From an uncultured Verrucomicrobiae bacterium (GTDB lineage: Bacteria > Verrucomicrobiota > Verrucomicrobiia > Limisphaerales > Palsa-1400): a stretch of 64,000 nt of DNA. The translations under genes were made by a program, and so were the position numbers. Numbering within the stretch: the first letter of the stretch is position 1; every line of letters starts with the position of its first letter. Shown here one piece after another: positions 60,849-64,000 of this stretch. Location: the NCBI GenBank assembly GCA_963764165.1, contig CAVXRD010000002.1:2048001-2112000 (forward strand). The letters run 5' to 3'. The notes under the pieces were generated by a model. That model searched no databases, was not told where the DNA came from, and saw nothing but the letters and a program-made list of their open reading frames with translations.

Positions 60849-62857
60849 TCTTCGGCGGAGCCAATTTTGGCCAGCACGCTCAAATCTTCCAGAGTCGTGA
60901 CGTCGCCTTTGATTTCGCCACCGGCAGCCACTTGCTTGAGCAAGCGCCGCATGATTTTTCCAGAGCGCGTTTTTGGCAGGGCGTCGGCGAAACGAATGTC
61001 ATCCGGCTTGGCCACGGGCCCAATTTCCTTGGCAACGTGCTGGCGCAATTCGTCGCGAATTCCGGAGGCCGCGATGATGCCCGTCTTGAGCGTGATGAAC
61101 GCCACGAGGGCCTGGCCTTTCAGATCGTCATGGCGTCCCACCACGGCGGCTTCGGCGACGGACGGATGGCTGACCAGCGCGCTTTCCACTTCCGCCGTGC
61201 CGATGCGGTGGCCCGCGACGTTCAGCACGTCGTCGATGCGGCCCACGATCCAAAAATATCCGTCCTCATCCTGGCGGCAGCCGTCGCCGGTGAAATAGCA
61301 GCCTTTGACCTCGCTCCAATAGGTTTCAATAAAGCGTTGGGGATCGCCCCAAATGCCGCGCAGCATTCCCGGCCACGGTTTGCGGATGACAAGTTTGCCG
61401 CCAGAATTTTTCGGAACGGCTTTGCCTTCGTTATCCACGACTTCCGGCAGGATGCCGAAGAACGGAAGAGTGGCGGTGCCCGGCTTCACCGGCGTCGCGC
61501 CCGGGAGCGGCGTAATCATGATCCCGCCGGTTTCCGTCTGCCACCACGTGTCAACAATGGGGCAGCGCTTGCCGCCGATGACTTCGTAAAACCACATCCA
61601 CGCTTCCGGATTGATCGGCTCACCGACGGTTCCCAGCAGGCGCAGTGAGGAAAGATCGTGTTTGTCCGGCCATTGGCGTCCCCATTTCATGAAGGCGCGG
61701 ATCGCCGTCGGCGCGGTGTACATGATGGTCACGCCGTATTTGGCGACGATGCGCCAGAAGCGGTCCGGCTCGGGATGATTCGGCGCGCCTTCGTACATGA
61801 CGGTCGTCGCGCCATTGGCCAGCGGGCCGTAAACCACATAGCTGTGGCCCGTCACCCAGCCGATGTCCGCTGTGCACCAGTAAACATCCTCGGGATGCAG
61901 GTCGAAGATGTATTTGCTCGTCATCTTGGCGTGCAAAAGATATCCGGCGGTGGTGTGCAGAATTCCCTTGGGCTTGCCGGTAGAGCCGCTGGTGTAAAGA
62001 ATAAAGAGCGGCGCTTCGCTGTCCATTTTTTCGGCGGGGAAATGGGCGTCAACGTATTGCAATTCGCGGTGCCACCAGACATCGCGCCCTTCCTCGATGT
62101 AAATTTCCTGGTTCGTCCGGCGCAGCACGATGACTTTTTCGATTGTCTTCGCGAGAAGATGCCCGGCAGCGTCCCGCAAGGTGAGCGCTTCATCCACGCT
62201 CTTTTTCAACGGCACGATGCTGCCGCGCCGAAAACCGCCGTCCGCCGTGATGACCATCTTGGCCTGCGAATCAGAAATGCGGTCCGCCACCGATTGAGCG
62301 CTGAAGCCGCCGAACACCACCGAATGCACCGCCCCGATGCGCGTGCAAGCCAGCATGGCAATGGCGGCTTCGGGCGTCATCGGCAAATAAATCAGGACGC
62401 GGTCGCCTTTTTTAATGCCGTTTCGTTTCAGGACGTTGGCGAAAAGGCAGACTTCGCGGTGAAGCTGCTTGAAGGTGTAAGTGCGCTCCTCTCCCGGTGT
62501 CCCGGGGCCGGCAGGCTCGCCTTCCCAAATGATGGCGGCCTTGTTCGCCATCGGCGTATTGAGATGCCGGTCAAGGCAGTTGGAACTGACGTTTAACTTG
62601 CCGCCGACGAACCATTTCGCGCTGGGCAATTTCCATTGCAGCACTTTTTTCCACGGCTTGAACCAGACCAATTCCTCCTTGGCCAGCCGCGCCCAAAACG
62701 TCTCCGGCTTGTCGATGGATTCGCGGTAAAGTTTTTTGTATTGGGCCATTGATTTGATCCACGCGTTCTTGGAGAACTCCGCCTTGGGCGGAAACACGCG
62801 TTTCTCGTGCATCATGGACGTAATATTAGCGGACGGCGCCGGCGTGGTGATGGCCAT
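60845..62857 (-). CDS. acs: Acetyl-CoA synthetase
   Basis: [20 protein letters not shown] and [11 protein letters not shown] motifs. Confidence 0.97.
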   Translation of the reverse strand: MAITTPAPSANITSMMHEKRVFPPKAEFSKNAWIKSMAQYKKLYRESIDKPETFWARLAKEELVWFKPWKKVLQWKLPSAKWFVGGKLNVSSNCLDRHLNTPMANKAAIIWEGEPAGPGTPGEERTYTFKQLHREVCLFANVLKRNGIKKGDRVLIYLPMTPEAAIAMLACTRIGAVHSVVFGGFSAQSVADRISDSQAKMVITADGGFRRGSIVPLKKSVDEALTLRDAAGHLLAKTIEKVIVLRRTNQEIYIEEGRDVWWHRELQYVDAHFPAEKMDSEAPLFILYTSGSTGKPKGILHTTAGYLLHAKMTSKYIFDLHPEDVYWCTADIGWVTGHSYVVYGPLANGATTVMYEGAPNHPEPDRFWRIVAKYGVTIMYTAPTAIRAFMKWGRQWPDKHDLSSLRLLGTVGEPINPEAWMWFYEVIGGKRCPIVDTWWQTETGGIMITPLPGATPVKPGTATLPFFGILPEVVDNEGKAVPKNSGGKLVIRKPWPGMLRGIWGDPQRFIETYWSEVKGCYFTGDGCRQDEDGYFWIVGRIDDVLNVAGHRIGTAEVESALVSHPSVAEAAVVGRHDDLKGQALVAFITLKTGIIAASGIRDELRQHVAKEIGPVAKPDDIRFADALPKTRSGKIMRRLLKQVAAGGEIKGDVTTLEDLSVLAKIGSAEE

Positions 62858-62943
62858 AGTGTTTCTTGTATTTCTGCCGAGATACTAATGATTGCGCGAA
62901 GGCCGTCAATGCCGCACCAAAATGAACCCAATGTTGGATTCGA

Positions 62944-63204
62944 TTACGGAATCACTTTCTTTACGTCCACCACGCGCAGTTCGAGGACCGGGTCGTCCGG
63001 CCAAAACGTGACAAGCCACCGGCCACATCGCTTCACTTGGTATTCGCGCCCGGAACGCCCCTTCTGAATCCAGTCGCCCGGTTGATGAGGTGAGTCGGCC
63101 AAAGACCGGAAAATGTGGAGAAGATCTTCTCGCTCGCGATGGCTGCATCGGGAGAAGAATTCGACAACGGAGTCGTCTGCCGCGAACAGATAACGCGAAA
63201 TCAT
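62944..63204 (-). CDS. Putative RelE/ParE-like toxin
   Basis: 86 aa with a RelE-like layout; overlaps the upstream small gene (ATGA). Confidence 0.55.
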   Translation of the reverse strand: MISRYLFAADDSVVEFFSRCSHREREDLLHIFRSLADSPHQPGDWIQKGRSGREYQVKRCGRWLVTFWPDDPVLELRVVDVKKVIP

Positions 63205-63413
63205 TCGCCGCGATTGCTCAGAGTGCGATGTTGCCGCTCCAGTTCGTCCAGAGTTGTTTTCTTGCCGGCATCCATCTCGGCCGCGCGATGATCCAGGACG
63301 GATTGGTATTCCGCGTCATCAGCCCGATTGAGGTGGGCAATCAAGGCGGCCAAGTCAAGGCGCTCCTCAACCGTCAACCCTGCAATTTGCTCCCTGATTT
63401 CAGCCATGCTCAT
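63201..63413 (-). CDS. Putative antitoxin
   Basis: MSMAEIREQIAGLTVEERLDLA; acidic, 70 aa. Confidence 0.6.
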   Translation of the reverse strand: MSMAEIREQIAGLTVEERLDLAALIAHLNRADDAEYQSVLDHRAAEMDAGKKTTLDELERQHRTLSNRGE

Positions 63414-63490
63414 AGCGCAAATTAAACAGAATCGCCATCGTTTGCAAGGTTCCCCATCTCAGCCGCCCTAACTGGTTCTGTCTTCCAATT

Positions 63491-63607
63491 TCCGCCTTGG
63501 GCGGAAACACGCGTTTCTCGTGCGGCATGGATGTGATATTGGCGGACGGCGCGGGAGGTAGTGGTGGCCACAATGATTGGAAGAATGCCGCCAATGCCGC
63601 ACAAAAT
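63491..63607 (-). repeat. Degenerate duplicate of the acs 5' end and upstream region (match to 62778-62923)
   Basis: 33-bp exact block; colinear similarity with one internal deletion. Confidence 0.9.
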
Positions 63608-63652
63608 CAGGAATCTTCAACATGCGCCGACGAGCATGCGCCACCAACCTGC

Positions 63653-64000
63653 CTATTTTGCCTTTGGCTTTTGAAGCGAGGCGAGCGGATACACCCGAAT
63701 ATTCTTACGGCTAATGATTCCCTTATCAAACGAGGCGAGTTCATCCTGTGTTTTGCCGGCGGTTGCCATCAGGTAGGCATCTCCAAAGGAATCCTTGTTT
63801 GCCGTGATTTGTTTCAGTGCGTCCAAGACGACCTCAAGATCGATGCAGGCGAGAAGATCGGAAGACAGCAGCGCATGAAGAATGCTCGCGGTCTCTGGCC
63901 GCGGCAGATTGTAGACGGAAGCGAGCACATAAAAAACCTCGGCCACGGTCACGGCTGAAACCAGCAGTTTTAGATGGCCGCTTTGAGCACGATCAAAGAG
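63653..64000 (-). CDS. PIN-domain (VapC-like) toxin, 5'-partial
   Basis: Frame open to the window edge; VAEVFYVL, SFGDAYL and LASFD motifs. Confidence 0.85.
   Translation of the reverse strand, partial: LFDRAQSGHLKLLVSAVTVAEVFYVLASVYNLPRPETASILHALLSSDLLACIDLEVVLDALKQITANKDSFGDAYLMATAGKTQDELASFDKGIISRKNIRVYPLASLQKPKAK

Overview
GC-rich bacterial chromosomal window, most likely from a Verrucomicrobiota (Pedosphaera-like) genome. This is inferred from the TIGR04073 protein, the stand-alone SWIB protein, the pilin-like and ABC-permease families and the intergenic repeats. Housekeeping and metabolic genes include a PAS kinase/response regulator pair, M16 peptidase, rhlE, the araA-GH51-GH127-araD arabinose operon, ispE, a TonB receptor, cutC, guaA, fur, an NCS1/aminotransferase pair and acs. 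These are interspersed with many accessory pieces. Two essentially identical 1,683-bp IS1182-family elements each sit in the apex of a GTAG-type REP hairpin with a 4-bp duplication. A ~1.7-kb element without inverted repeats encodes a protein with Rep_trans-like motifs and is a candidate rolling-circle transposon. A tRNA-Leu(TAA) gene is broken at the anticodon next to low-GC cargo. Two accessory cassettes are each bracketed by a duplicated fragment of the neighbouring host gene. There are also MITEs, a dispersed ~300-bp promoter-bearing repeat, an 11-bp-period iteron-like array and about six toxin-antitoxin modules, several of them decayed. No CRISPR array or rRNA was seen. Product calls come from recognising motifs by eye; no database searches were run.
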